A stretch of DNA of 64,000 bases, taken from Marsupella aquatica. Lineage: Eukaryota > Plantae > Marchantiophyta. A program made the translations under genes and the position numbers. Shown one piece after another: positions 25,952 to 40,300 of this stretch. Every line of letters begins with the position of its first letter. The first letter of the stretch is position 1. The notes below the pieces were generated by a model. That model was not told the origin of the DNA, ran no database searches, and saw nothing but the letters and a program-made list of their open reading frames with translations. The stretch spans positions 3,496,944-3,560,943 of the forward strand of contig OZ316894.1 of NCBI GenBank assembly GCA_973895155.1, in the 5' to 3' direction.

Positions 25952-28900
25952 ATGGCTCTGACTCAACCGGGTTGGACTGGTAACGAACAGACGCAGAAAA
26001 GCAACATGGGGAAGCGCGTTTATCAAGTGTGGAAGGGCAGCAATGTAAGCGTCTCACTGCATTACTTAGGTTGCTATGCCCACTGCATCTGTTACGTTGG
26101 CGTATTGGCAGTGAACGTTGTCGTAATGAGGCTGGCCACGTATTCGTTCTTGTCATCTGTATTACGACATTGAGCGGCCAGCTTCCATCCCATTACGCAT
26201 AAGTGAATGACCTCCACTCACGGTAGTTACAGTTGCATGTGAGGATGTGATGTTGGCATTTGCTTGCTTGCTCATCGTCAACCAAAAAGCTTTTATCCTG
26301 ATTGCACTCCAGTGTAAGCAGGTGGAAGCATTTACTCGCGGCTTCGGGCTTGTGCCCAATTTCTGCACAGGTGGTTGCCAAAGTCATTGGAGTGTTTTGT
26401 TCGTCGGTATACTACCGATGGAGGAGTAGGGACTCGTGGTTGCATTGTTTAGACTCTTACAAAGATTGTTCTTTAGAAATGCCAACGTGTCTTAGTTGGA
26501 GTTGTGCCTTCCTGGACCGTCTCGGTTCTGAACGCGAGGGCCCGAACTGCAGTGTCCTTTCCTACATGCTGTACCTTCTCATCTGTTGACGTTTTCTTTT
26601 CATTTGTACCTTGAGATATCGTTGTATGCCCCCTGTGACTACATGAGAAGATGGAAGGTGGAGGGCCTTCCTTAGCAGCTCATTGTGACTCATGGCACCG
26701 AATAGTTTGCATGCTGCTTTCAGCGCAGCTGAGCTGCAAATACGATTCTTGTGGCTCTGAAGCAGTTTGTACAATGGAACGTATTTTCGTTGCTCTAAAT
26801 GAGCACTCCTGCAGGGTCCTAATCCGGTGATGGACAACCATTCTTCTTCCCGAGTGGCTCTTCATGCAGTGCGTGAAATTCTGATCGCCTTTTTGGTCTG
26901 TGTCCTGCAGAGGTTTTTTCTTTGTGGGAGATTGATTTTTGGACCAGATGTGCGGTCGTTGGTGGTAACTGTGTTCCTCATCGTCGTGCCGATTGCTTGC
27001 TTCTGCGTGTGGGTGGCTAGGGATCTGCGTCATCAATACACGGGAGGGATCTGGATCCTAATTGCTGCTTGCGTTTTCACCGCTATTGTGAGTTGCTTCC
27101 CCTCTTTGGAATGCATGTGGGTTTGTATCGGATCGAAGCTAGGGTTGGTATCTTCCAGTATTCGATATTATCCTTGATCGCCTTCTCACTCTGGGAATTT
27201 GACCATCATGTTAGGTTTATCTGCTGACGTGCTCCCACATTCAGTTCTCTGGTTTTTGTTGGGTTTGGAAGTGTTTCTCTGACCAGTCTATTGATGGTTG
27301 TTTGGATACTTCAGGTACTTTTTCTGCTCCTTCTCACGTCGGGCCGTGATCCTGGCATCATTCCTCGTAATGCTCATCCACCGGAACCAGAGGAAGAATT
27401 TGACGGACAATCGCCTGCTGACTGGGGAGGGGGACAAACTCCAAGGCTACGGTTGCCTCGAACGAAGGATGTCGTTGTGAATGGTGTTGTGGTTAAGACA
27501 AAGTATTGTGAAACCTGCATGCTGTATCGACCTCCTAGATGTTCCCATTGCTCGATCTGTAACAACTGTGTGGAGCGATTTGATCATCATTGTCCATGGG
27601 TTGGACAATGTATTGGCCAGGTTCGTTTTCACGAAAGTGCTTCCAAGATTGCGTAGCCGTCTTGGTCCTCGTCAATATTGCATCTCTACCGTCTATGTGG
27701 ACAAGATTTTTTCTGGTATTATGAGTTCCGGGTATGTGTTTGGTTTGGTTTGTCAAGCAGTGATTTTTAGCGGGTGTATATTTTGTTACCAAGCTTTTCA
27801 GCTGATGAGGTCGAAGTCGTTCAGCAAATGTTGTTGGCGTGGTACTGTTCACGAAACTGTATTGGGTCTACTTCACGTCTCGATCTTATCGTAAGTCGTT
27901 GTTTTTGAAAGTCACTAACAATATGCATTTGCTCCTGCAGCGAAATTATCGCTTCTTCTTCATGTTCGTCTCGTTGACGACATTGCTCTGTATTTACGTC
28001 TTTTCCATGTGCGCCTTATATATCAAGGTTCTAATGTATCCAAACGGCAGTCACGGCAAACGAACTGTGTGGAGAGCGCTGGGGAGAAGTCCGGCTTCTG
28101 TTGTCTTGATGGTGTACTCATTCATTTCAGTCTGGTTCGTTGGCGGGCTCACGTTATTTCATCTCTATCTCATTAGCACTAATCAGGTACGTTGTTCTCG
28201 CCTGTTTTTTGGGTGGACTTGGTTACGACTAATAGATGCAATGTCTTAGCTAAAAGTTCTAGCTGTATTGTTCGTGAATCTTAGCTGTGTTGTGTGAGAA
28301 TAGACTGACCAATCTAGCAGTGGAGCCTTGGTTTGGTCTCCTTTGGTTCAAGTACTTGCCCACTCGACACTACAATCCTGCCGGTGCTTTGTGGAACTTC
28401 CCGTGTCAGGACCCATTGCGTGCTCTGCATATCACCTTTGTTATCCATCCTTCAACGGCTAGACTGACTTTCAAAAATTCGTGGGCATCTTACACAGACT
28501 ACTTACGAGAACTTCCGCTATCGGTACGATAATAAGGTGAACCCCTACAATCGCGGAGTTTTTAGTAACTTTCGGGAGATCTTTTGCACCGATATCCCAG
28601 TTTCCAAAAACAAGTTTCGTGAGAGGGTGCAGCAGGAGAACCAATCTCGTAACGTGAGCACTGTCTCTGGAGAAACCGGAGACATTCATGGTACTAGCAT
28701 CTCGAAAGGAGGAGGGGGCGACGTAGAGATGGGTTCGCAGCAAAAGTGGCAGATTGGCGGAGAGCATGGCATTGGGCCTGAACATCATGAGGACTTGCAT
28801 GCCAGGATAAGTACAGGTAGTGAGCTTGGTTTGGAATCCAAGGACGGCTTCGACGAAAATTTTCCACTAGATCGCAATCTGGCGGGAGATGGTGAAACTA

Positions 28901-29046
28901 GAGCCACGCATCCAAGGCGTTCCAGCTGGGGTCGGAAAAGTGGTAGTTGGGAAATTACTCCGGACATCTTAGCTATGGCCCAGGGTGGGACTGGGGCAGA
29001 GGGCAGTCGAGTGAATGGGGATAGCACCCCTCCAGGCAACAGATAA
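25952..29046 (+). CDS. DHHC-type protein S-acyltransferase (PAT, ERF2/ZDHHC9-like clade), ~456 aa; exons 25952-26044, 26911-27087, 27315-27620, 27941-28186, 28498-29046
   Basis: Motifs are [81 protein letters not shown] and [20 protein letters not shown]. All introns are GT-AG and the CDS totals 1371 nt. The start could alternatively be ATG 26006. Confidence 0.95.
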
Positions 29047-32000
29047 TGATGGAACTAGTGCAAGGTGTTATCACGTGAAGACCTTCTGTTAGTCAGTTGC
29101 TGTGGAACGGGAAAATTGAGCTTCCTACTTGATTTCGCATGCTCCGGTCAGGGTATGGCACCGCATCGAAAGAAACCCGCGCAGAGAGATGCAGAGAAGT
29201 TTCAATTGATTTCAGCTGTGAACATTGTAGAGTAAGGGTAGGGCCAGTAGGCCCAGGCTTGCTGGCACTCATTCGGCAGCTTTTTGCTACAGTGCCATTG
29301 CACTTATTTCTGAAGGCCTCTGTTCTTGGATACACGAGCAGTTATACAAAGTCAATTAATTGAGCGTTCAATTATTGAATTGCTAGCGTCTGACATGACT
29401 TTTGGTAAAGGGTCTCCAAGGCAACGTGTGGCAATTTATTCCGTTGTTGGCCACCCCTCTTAGTAGCAGATTGGCAATGGTCAGCCGGATATGTTTTGGT
29501 AGTGAAAGAGCGTCTCATGTCTTTGAAATATATTTGTAGCATGTAGATTTAGTTCATGAACTGTCTGCAATTGCTGCAGCCTCTTCTAATTCAACAGTTT
29601 ATTAGCAAGAGTGAGGTTTGGGTGTGGGATACGGTTTAGTCTTGCTTATAACGTACTTGACATCGGACCCCACTGTAAATGACATTGAGAGGACTGTATC
29701 CGGGCTTGGATGCGACTCTGGGAGGGAAGTCTACGGGAATGCCAAAGCCTTGAACGGAGGAAATTAATGCGGCTTGCAGTGGATGACATGAGTCTACAGT
29801 AGCTTTCCGGAAGCGTCTTCAGAGGAAGAGAACTGACTACTTGATACCGATTGTCGGACATGATCATGTAGATGTTGGCTTTCAAATTTGATTTCTGATC
29901 TTTTAGAAGACCGAGGTAATGTCTGTCTCCTTGGGAGGTCTCAGGTAGTTTCGAAGTAAATGTTGCAGATTTGTTCTGAAGCAACTGTAATGTAATGTAG
30001 TATTGGAATGTGTCCTTGTATTACACTGGCATACGAGTGGTTTTCTCAATTGGGAAAAGGTGGAAATGGCAGTCACTTAATTTCAGATTCGAAATGTTTA
30101 TAAGGGAAGACTGGCGTCGCTGGTTGTTGTCCATGATGACGAATGTGTGTTATTCCGCTGTACAATGCACACACCTTTATGGGTCAGATTCTGAGCGATG
30201 TCTCCCTTCGAAATGACAAATGGTCTGTTCTGTACCCTACCTGTACCACCTCGGTAGCAAGCGTTATCTTGTCCGATTTGTATATCAAGCTTAGAATCCG
30301 GTTAGTGGGTCAGCCTTGATGTTTAGTCTGTAGAGGCTCACGATTAGGGTGATTGGTGGTGCTTTTGGTACGGCTTATGATGGCACTTACGTAAATGGTT
30401 CTGTTACGAGGCACTTATTACTCAGCGCAGGGAACTATTTCTGGTAGTGCTAGTATCTTCAAATCAACTTGAGTCAAAAAAACATTATAGTCCATGTTCC
30501 GCTCCTTGGGCCCCATCGCTGTTGTTGATTTCCTGCTTTTTTGCTGATTGTGAAACTTCTGCTTTTCCCCAAAAGACTCACAAAATCAGAACTGGCAGAA
30601 GGTCACCTGTGAGCGACGGAACTTACGGGACATAGCGGAGATGAATTTCGAAAGTTCGCAAGGATGCTACACATCAACTCTAATGCAAAAGGTTCTGGGA
30701 AGTTTCCGAAAGTGATCTTTCGTGTCGAGGGTGAATACGACTCATGAGTATCTACATGTACGGGTTGTTGAACGATCCAGCTACAGGTGTTAGCCATGGG
30801 ATGCGATTTATGAAAACCTGGATGTGCATAGCTGGGAAAGACAAGGTAAAGAGTGAAAAATGCAGAAAATTGTCTCCTCGCTTTTGTACGTTCCGAACAG
30901 GTAAAGTAGACGAAAATGCAGAAAATGGTCTCCTCTCTTATGTACGTTCCAAACTTGCAGCTTGCTCAGACACGGCATGAATTTTGAGTAAACGATATGT
31001 ACTCTCGATAGCATGCACAGTTGTTGCTGAGATCAGGCGGGAGAAGTACGTGCTCTGAATTTCGTGCACAGACAATGCACAGGTCGCCAGACAATGCAGC
31101 AGAGGTATGAGAGAACAGTCGATTGGTCCCTTGTTCAACTCAATAGCTCCACGATATTATAGAAATTGTCTAAAATTAAAATAACTGGTCTCTTTACAGC
31201 ATGATACTGACTCACCAACGGACTGCACCTCCCAGGACAACAGCGGCAACTCGAGACTGGAGAACTTCTACATCATGACCTGTGCTCTGTGCACCTCTGA
31301 CCGTATGTAGATTTACAAGGGAGTATGAAACTTGTGGAATGATAGGAGGGACAGGGAGAGAAAACTAGCCTCGCCCCTTCTTTCCCACTTCTGCTCTCAG
31401 CTGCATGGCGACTAACCCGTTCCAGAACTTGGCTTGAGCCACACAGTCAGCAAAGACGGGGATCAAGATGTCCCAACATTTAACCCACAAGAAGTCCCCA
31501 GATGGACCTCCTGTGGAGCATTACAGTAGCGCCTGAAGGCACTGTGCGGCAATGCAAAATATAACGAAAATGCGCATGAAAAGTAAATGATTTGATCCCT
31601 TTGCATTGGGTGCTCAACTGTACATTCTTATTTCATTTGGCCAGTTTTCGAGAAACTAATGTATTTGATCCCTCCTCATTGGGTGCTCAAAGGTATATGC
31701 TTGTTTTATTTAGCCAGTTTTCCAAAAACCAAAGCCTGGATGGACTGAGGCATTGGCCCTGCCCATCCCCGTGGGTAGCCTAAAGTCATCACCCAGTTTA
31801 CACCGGAGAAAAAAGGACCAAATGCATTTTGGATGGATTTTGCGAAGGATATTTCACAAAGCCTCCCTAAGTAAGTTGGGCCTGAGCAACGAGGACACGT
31901 CTTTGTTGTTGTTGTTGTTGTTGCTGCAAAACTTTGCTTAGGACATCCCGAGTAAGCTGCATGACAACAATGCTGAACTTTGTTCTCACAAACATTGAGA

Positions 32001-35000
32001 TAAGGCCAACAAGTCTTGCTCATGACAGCAACACTAAACTTTGTTCTCACAAAGATTGAGATAAGGTCAAAAAGTCTTGTTCAAGCACCAGCAACTGATG
32101 CTACCCAACACCAGGTAAGCTAACTGATACAGGGTGCATACAGTCAAGAGACTCTGGAGATCACATTTCTTGACTGGTTTATTAGAGTAAAACCCCTAAA
32201 AGGTACTATCTGAGTCTTTTTAGATGTTCTGCCAGAGTCCATTCCAGCTTTGCTACTTTATCCAGGCTCAACAGCCAACCAGCCAGCCAGTCCATCCAAG
32301 CTTAATTTTTCAGTTCTCATTTAAAGTGCCAAAATGCAAAGGGATGCCTTTTTAATAAATACTGCTTTGCTATCGTATTGTTCTATGTTTGTGTAAAGTA
32401 CCAGGAAACTCTTCAAATATTGTACAATGCAACTTTAGTGCAGAGTGTCCCCAACCACTTGGTATGCCTTTAATCTCCAAGGTACCCAGGTGTCTTTTAA
32501 ACCACCACTAGCCATGATAAAAAGCTGGATCCACCAGGTTTCACCATTAAAGGTAATTTTTCCCTGAAATTGTGGAGCAGATTTGCACTGGAGGGGATAG
32601 GAGTGAGTGGAATATATGGCCAGTGGCGATTTTAATACAAGGAGGCCTCTAAAGTTACCATAGTACCCATGCAGTGGGTTAAATGTAAGCACAGTAGAGC
32701 CTTCTATGCATTATTCACTGCCAGGCTAAAGTCCTGACCTGCGCTAAAGTTGGTTTCACCCAAGAACACATGTTTTGGTTGCACAAAAGCTAGGCAAATA
32801 CCCGGGGAAAATATGGAATTCCCAACATCCGTCCATTCCCACGTCCATTTTGGGGCATCTGTTTTGGCACTCCAAAATTGCAGTTTTTCACAACAGAATC
32901 TGAATCTTGGATTGTATGCCTTAGAAATAATATTGTGGTGAGCAAACTGAGAAGTGCTACCACACTTCTTGTTTTGTCTGTCATGGTGTTGAAGTATGCT
33001 GCTTTGCATACTTTGCATATACTAAGCCTCACAAAACATGTATCAAGCAAATTTGTTTCACAACCGTAGGAAGGAAATTAACACCGTTGCAAATGTCCCA
33101 TGAGAAAATTCCACTGGGTTAATTCCTAACTTGTGGGAAACCGAGAAATGTTTGCACTATCAAAAACATAGGAAACAAACAACATTTGCAAGTGTGCCAT
33201 AAGCTAGAAGAAGTTCTTCATAGGTTGCACTGAAATACACAGTCCTTCAAGAACAGATGATCCCTTCAGAGCACATTGAGAGGATAGGCACTTCCCAATC
33301 TTTTCAGCCTTTTAGGAGTACAGACGAGATACAATATTCAAAGCTTGATCACATTGTACCTATCTGCAAACCTAGTGTGACATTTCACAGAACTTTGAAA
33401 ACATTGTCAAAAGTTTCTAAGAGGCTTTGGATAATTGTCAAGCAAAATAAAATCTTTCAAAATGCTTGTTATGTACAAACTACTATGGTTTATGTACTTT
33501 TAACAAATTCACCTTGTAACCAGTGCCACAGTTAATCTTTGGCCAGAAACTTATTTGTTGATGACAACCCTACCACCAATCAGGAATCAGTTTAGGGTTT
33601 CCCCCAAAAATGCAAGAGAACCCCTTTACACAAAATTCTCCACTAGTCTCTGTCTGTCAAGCAAAAGAACAAAACAATCCTAGACAGTCTGCTGCAATTG
33701 CAAGGAGTTCAGTTGGTAGCAGCTGACAAATGAAAAGTTAGGAAGGACAAACCAAAAACACAACTGCCCTGTGCACACCATTATGAGTGTTATTAGAGTA
33801 TGTCATGTTGTATGAGTTCAGGATTTTCATATGTGTGCTATATATGAGCCAATAGGGTTTAGTTTACGTCTAGCGGGATAGTTATCCCTTGTGGTGTCTC
33901 AAAGGCCTCATCTTTTGATGTTGAGCCTTTGAGCACAAGCTTTGGTGGCTCAACATTTGAATGTGTGACTCGGATGCGCATGATCAAGGGTGTGTTGTCG
34001 GTGTCCATCGCTGTTGGCGTCGATCGTTGTTTGAGTATGTTGTGTAGCGATGTGGATGCGCACGACAGTCCTCACAATGATGCGTACCAACATGTTTTTC
34101 AGTACATTCAAAAATAATATTGGAAAACATTTTTATTTTATTTTTAAATGGGAAATTGCCTAGGGCAAGCTATATAAAAATGGAAAATGGACATAAAGCC
34201 TGGATGGTCTGGCAAAAAATTACTCAGGCAACACCTTTTACAAATTTGATTGAATCAGGACCTATAAGGGCTTGACTGGTTGCAGCCAGTTTGTTGCATA
34301 TGCCCAAACTACTTCGGCCGTCTGTCACAAAAGTGGTTTCCTGCTCAAGTGGTTATTTCTCAATCATGCCCAAATTACTCATAAAAGCTAAGCATTCTTC
34401 CCACAAGAGATTACTAGACACGTACTCATGCCCAAACTACTCAGGGCGCCCTTTGCTAAGGTGGAGCATTCCCTGACAATTGATTTATGAGTTTGACCAT
34501 TTTCACGATCTTAAAATGGAGAAAATGATCTTAGAAAAATCTCAAATGTTGGGAGGTATTAAGTTTGATAGATCAAGCAAAGATCCGAACCATGTCTAAA
34601 TTAGTTTGTGGACCTACCATCCCATAACTCTAAGTATAGCAATTGCTTAAATTCAATGGGGGACAAATGTTTAAGATATTTTTAAGTGTTGTATCAAAGT
34701 TATGTGCCCTGTTGCATGAGTCTTATTTAACCACCTATGATTATGTGAACATAGTAGGTGGGATCATGGAACATAGTAGGTGGGATCATGAAACAACTTA
34801 GTTGGAAAATGAAGCCATTTGGATCTCCATATTAGTGCTCATCCTCGTGCTCATCCTACTTCCCCCTAAGTAATTTCAAATTGCCTGTACCTTCATGACC
34901 ATTGAAGCTAATTGTGTGGACCAGCTTCAATCTTGGATCCTTTCCATGTTGTGATTCATTATTATCTCCTACTTGTTTTTTAATTATTGTCTAATTATGA

Positions 35001-35149
35001 ACCCAACCCGAACATTCCAATACAAGAGCGTTATCTCTAATTATTTTTTATTCCAGTCAACATTTTATAGTAGTTAACTTGAAGTTTGAGTGGAGATGGC
35101 CCTCAACTGATTTTCAATGGCTCCCTCATCTATCGATGGTATGCTTAGA

Positions 35150-36000
35150 ATGCTTAGAAAGAGTTTGGAAAGAATTTTTCATTGAACCTAATATTGTCAA
35201 ATTTTGGCAAGTATTGAAGATCTCACATATTGTTGAATTACTCTACACTTCCTTGAATGTCATCAAATATATTGATTTCAAATAATAATAAAACCTTTCA
35301 GGCTTAGAATTCTTAGTAAGTTTTCAAAGATCTTTTCAATGAGCCTAACATTGTTAAAGTTCATGAGGGATTAATTAAAGCGGGTTCTGAATCTTCATAC
35401 CCCTCCTTGAAAGTACAGCCATGTCATCAGCAAAACATGATTTCAAATTTCTCACACATCTCTCAATGAAACGTTTTGAGCTAAACACTTAGAAGAGTTT
35501 TAGAAAATCAAAACATTGAGAATGAGTCTAAAATTGACAAATTTTGTTAAATACTAAAAGATAGGTAAGTAATTTAATAGATTTCTCTAGGTTTGCAATG
35601 AGCCTCACATTGATAGATTTTGTCAAGTGCTAAGGAGATCATTAACTTCCAAATTTTAGTCTCAGATTGGTAGATTTTGTGAAGTACCACTGACATGAGG
35701 TTTAGAATTTCTCAATATTTCCAATGAGTGTGACATTAAGAGATTTATTCAAGTCATACAAAGATCATGAGTTCATGAATTCTTTCCAACATATATTGAG
35801 TCTAAGACAAATTTCATGTTGGATCTTGTTGATTACTAAAGAGATCATGAGTTTTTGAATGTCTCTAACTTTCTAGTATGCAACATTGAGAGTTTTCATC
35901 AAGTACTGAAGAGATCATGAGTTTCTAAATTTCTCTAGCTTTCAAATGATGAACAGATTTTGTCAAGTTCTAAGGAGGCTATGTATTTTGAACCAGCCTA
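35150..36000. repeat. Degenerate AT-rich tandem array
   Basis: The motifs AATGAG(C/T)CTAACATTG....TTTT.TCAAGT.CT.AAGAGATCATGAGTTT recur. Confidence 0.6.
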
Positions 36001-36454
36001 ACTATGCAAATAAACAAGGGGGTCCACAGATTAATGTTTATGAAGAAGACTTCCAATTTGAATAGATGAATTTCGGTCAATAAATGTAATCCTGCTTGAT
36101 TCATAAATACATTCTCAAAATCTCAAATCATAAACAATTGTGTTTGTTTTTTATTGAAAACATCATTGTTCCTATTTGTTACCCAACCTGATGATGTGCC
36201 TCAACAAGGTGCTGGTGATTTTGGAATGAGCTTCCCATGGGGGTCTATCATAAATGCACAAATCTACCAAAAACTAGCAATTTGCAATTGGTTGGGAGCT
36301 TGGAAACCTATTCAACACATACTTAACAAAACCAAAACATCCTTTCAGAAACAACTAGTCAATTTACTTTGCTGGTTCATGACTTTACATCATCCATGAG
36401 GAAGGGCAAACAACTAGTCTACTTTGCAGTGAAAACTGGTTCATTACTTTGGAT

Positions 36455-36645
36455 GAGGATGGGCAGAACAAACCCTTCAGTCCGTTGGGGCTTCAAATTC
36501 AAAGAAATTAGAATGGGGATGGGCAGAACAAACCCCACAGTACATACAGGCTTCCAAGTCATAGAAATTAGCACGGGGATGTGCAGCAGAATCAATGGGA
36601 AACCCCTCAGTCCACCAGGGCTCCATCTTCATAGAAATTAGCATG
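36455..36645. repeat. Degenerate ~57-60 bp tandem array related to the 46410-46450 motif
   Basis: GATGGGCAGAACAAACCC...GGCTTC....ATAGAAATTAG recurs three times. Confidence 0.65.
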
Positions 36646-37365
36646 CACAAATTGTGGGACGTCTCAGAGGGTAGAAATATTTGTGAAACAATTTTTATTT
36701 TTGAAAGGGCCAGTTTAGTCTTAATTCGTATAGCGCCTCTGCCACCCCAAGCAGTTTGGCACACAACTCATATTGCAAGAGAAGAATTTGGAGCAGAGCT
36801 ATCTGGGAACAGATTGAACTTGAATCTTAGATCCTAAACAATTCACAGATATGAGCCAAGAATGAAAAGTTGCTGACCCAGAAGAACTGTGTTCACTCAT
36901 GCAATTTACATCCAGAATTTTCAACTCAGCTGCGCAGAGCCATCAATGACAGAGGCCACGGAGTGGGGTGTGCAGTAACAAAGCTAGTGTTTGCTATGGG
37001 ACTCCCATATACCTCGACAAGTTAATAAGATGCCTGGTGAGAGGGAGCACTTGATCGGCATAAAAGGGTCCAGGGGTGAACTACGACTGTGCTGCTAATT
37101 GCAATTGCCATGGGCCTAGTACCCCACATACCCTATGCCTGAAACCTACGAAGGCCATTGCCGTCATCTATTCTACTGACTAACCACTACATTTGACTAA
37201 TCTCACCACAATGTGCCACAGCAAGTCCTCAGACTGTAGTAGCTACCTAGAAAGAGAGAAAGGGTCGTGCAGACCGACCCAAAAATTTACAGTAAGTTTA
37301 CTAATACCTGAGAAGGCTTTCTGTGACTTCCAAGAATGATTCTACTTCCTGGAGGATTTGTGAGC

Positions 37366-40300
37366 TCAAATCCCTTCTTTGCTGTGTCCTTTCTCGCTGA
37401 CCTTTTTACCAGCTCCACTGGAGCCACTGTCTGAATCACTGTCTGACTCCCCGGATTCCTCTGCCGCTTTCTTCTCCTTCATGGTGGATTCCTGACCGTA
37501 TGGAGGAAACCGGTAAGGTGGACCGTAAAATGGTGGCAAAATCTGTGAAGAATGTGACGGGAATGGCTGGAAGGCAAATGGTGATGGCGGGTAGGGTCCT
37601 GGAGTATACGAATTTAAAGGTGCCCACGGCATACGCACAAATCCACCCTGGTGCATTGGAGGAGGGTGGTAGGGAGGATACATTCCAAACGGTGGAGGCG
37701 GAGGGAGTGCTGGTGATCCTGGTGGGGCAGGGTGTCCAGGAGCAGGAGCAGGAGCACATGTGGGAAGCCCTGGAGACGTTGGAGGGGCCGGAGGAGGAAA
37801 TGGGGGCGGCATGCCTTGGAAAGGCATTGGAGCAGGCGGAGACCGTGTTGCCAAGGGGGGCATGTAGCGCGGCACTGCTTGCGAGAAGGGAGGCTTGCTC
37901 AAGAGCGGAGGTGGACCCTTCTTGCCTGCACCTTTGGCGGCCACCGCAGTTTTCTGTGTAGGAGGCGGTGCGACCATCATTGCCTGAACAAAAACGCCAG
38001 CATAAATGTCAGGAAGACTTTATCTCAGACCCATTTATCATGGTGTATTGTGAGCTACTAGCTCTGTTCCACTTCAAACAGTACTCTTGAGTTTTTGTTT
38101 GAATTTAGGAGTCACTGATAATGTACTACTTTAGAAAAAGTCATCATAACGCTACTACGAAGTGTTTTTGGTTGGGGCTTGGAGTCTGTGTTCGTTACAT
38201 GAAATTTACATGAAATGAGAATTTTCTTTGAAATTTAATTAGTTGCTCTATCATCCAATGTGAATGCAATCTTATTGGTTACTGCCTTTATATGATCCAC
38301 ATTGCTCACTTGATTATCCAAATTGAACTCTTCTCAATATGGTATCGAACGGTCATTTGGGAAACAGCATAGTGAGTGTTACATCGGTAGTACAATAAAA
38401 GGAAAATGCGACATGACCCAAAACCTCAGTTCCACCTTCTCCGATTTGGTCCATTACAAAGCATGAGACCCTGGACACCTACAACATATTCATAACTGCT
38501 AGGGGGTTCGAGATGAGAAACACAAGTAAACGTATGGGCGTGAACCTTGATGGAATGATGGAAGAAGAATATTTACCGATGGATAGAACGTAGGATACGG
38601 ATGAAAAAGCTGCTCTCCTTTGGCATCTTCATCTGACCTGGCAAGGAGCAATAAATACAGATGTTCAAGGGAGCAGGAACGACAATAAGGCTAATGAACC
38701 AAATGTAACTTATCCACTGATAACCGCTGACTCCAAGTAAAAGCATACAAGAAACTTACTAATTTAACACGTAGGCATTTAGATAAACTTCCTGGATGCA
38801 CACACATGCTCATCCCAGTCTCAGTTGAACTTCATTAGATATTTGATCAAGGACATGAAACGAGGGGAAGTGACAAGAAATTCGGTCTCCCTCGATCAAG
38901 ACTCCTCTTCCCAGATAGGTTTATTTAGGATGCATTTTCGGTCAAACTACTAGGACTCCCCTCGAAAAAGAGAACGGTCGGAAAATGGTCTGGCGCAGTT
39001 CTGGTTCATCTAGTGCTATGACGCTGCTGGTGAACTGAAGGTGCCTATATTCTCAACTCAATCCCCATCCCCCAAGACACACAAAGCAAACTACGAAAGA
39101 TATGGCCTGTCCTATCAGCATCGGCTTTGTGCGAGACACTTTCCCAGCGTTACCTCTCCATCACGGTATTGTCTTATGACATAGACCACAAAACACAGCT
39201 GCACTAAATGCAGACTAGAAGTAGTAACTACCTCAGGTTGAAAACCAGTCATATCCAGTCTGTTATTCATCTCAAGGGCTTCACTGTAACACTGGCCATC
39301 TGTCTCTGAGGTACTGGCCTCAACGTTACGGTCATCCCACTGTATACTGTCATCTACCTCTTGAAGTCTAGTTTCCGGGTTCAATTGTTCACTTGTAAAA
39401 GTTCGTATCGAGCAAACTAAACCCGTAGATTCCACTGTGAAGAAGATCTAAATTGTACGCGCTACTGAGTAATGTGCAACCAAACAAGCTGTAAACTTAT
39501 CATACTAAAGCTACCTACTCCTGGACTTCAAACTAAGCAGAAGACAAATACAGAGAATCGAGCCCGTCAGTCCCCCAATAACCAATGTTCAACCCTGACA
39601 ATACCGAGCGCAATCCTTGGCATAACAAGTTTCAAGTATTCTTCCTGCGATGGCAAGTAGAGAAAGGGCAATTTTTGCCGATTCTCGAGTGTCTCATTTG
39701 CTAGAACTCTCAGGGCTCTGGCCGTGACTGCCAAGATCAAGTCATTCGAAAGTGTCCTCCGTGATACTGGGTCTATACTGATACCCCAAGGGTTCTCCTT
39801 ACAAGCATTGTGCCTTCCTAAGGAGTTTGAAATGACTTGTTCGGCAGACAGAAAATGACATCAATTTCTAACGAATAAGGAGTTCAAGTGCACATTGCAA
39901 ATGAAAGGTTGCACCAATGTTAGGTAATGGACCGAGGCTTCTACTTCCACAAACCCCCTCTTCAGCCTCAGATTCGGGAAATCTGATCATTGAGATCCGT
40001 AGATACAAGGTCATGTCAAGGAAAGAGCAACGCACCGATAGTACTTCTGCAGTAAGTCAAGATTTCGATACTTGGTCTCCTTGCGAACCAAGTCATCAGG
40101 AAAGCCTGCCATGAAAAGCAGTGTAATGCCTAGTGCTTTAAAGAAAAAGCTACCCGTTCGAATATGCACCAAAAGAGCCATCTGGCACATCAAGGGTCCA
40201 AAGGACTTTAATTTGTTGCGCCCCATCCGCTGCCTAACATACCTGCACATATGCAACTCCAGTTCATCCATTACCATGACTGTGAAGGAAGCCACTCATG

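Noticed and set aside
37366-37980. Stand-alone extensin or proline-rich protein gene
   Set aside because: It is preceded by a splice acceptor (TTCAG|GCA) in phase with exon 38637-38577, making it the last exon of the larger gene. It also has no signal peptide.
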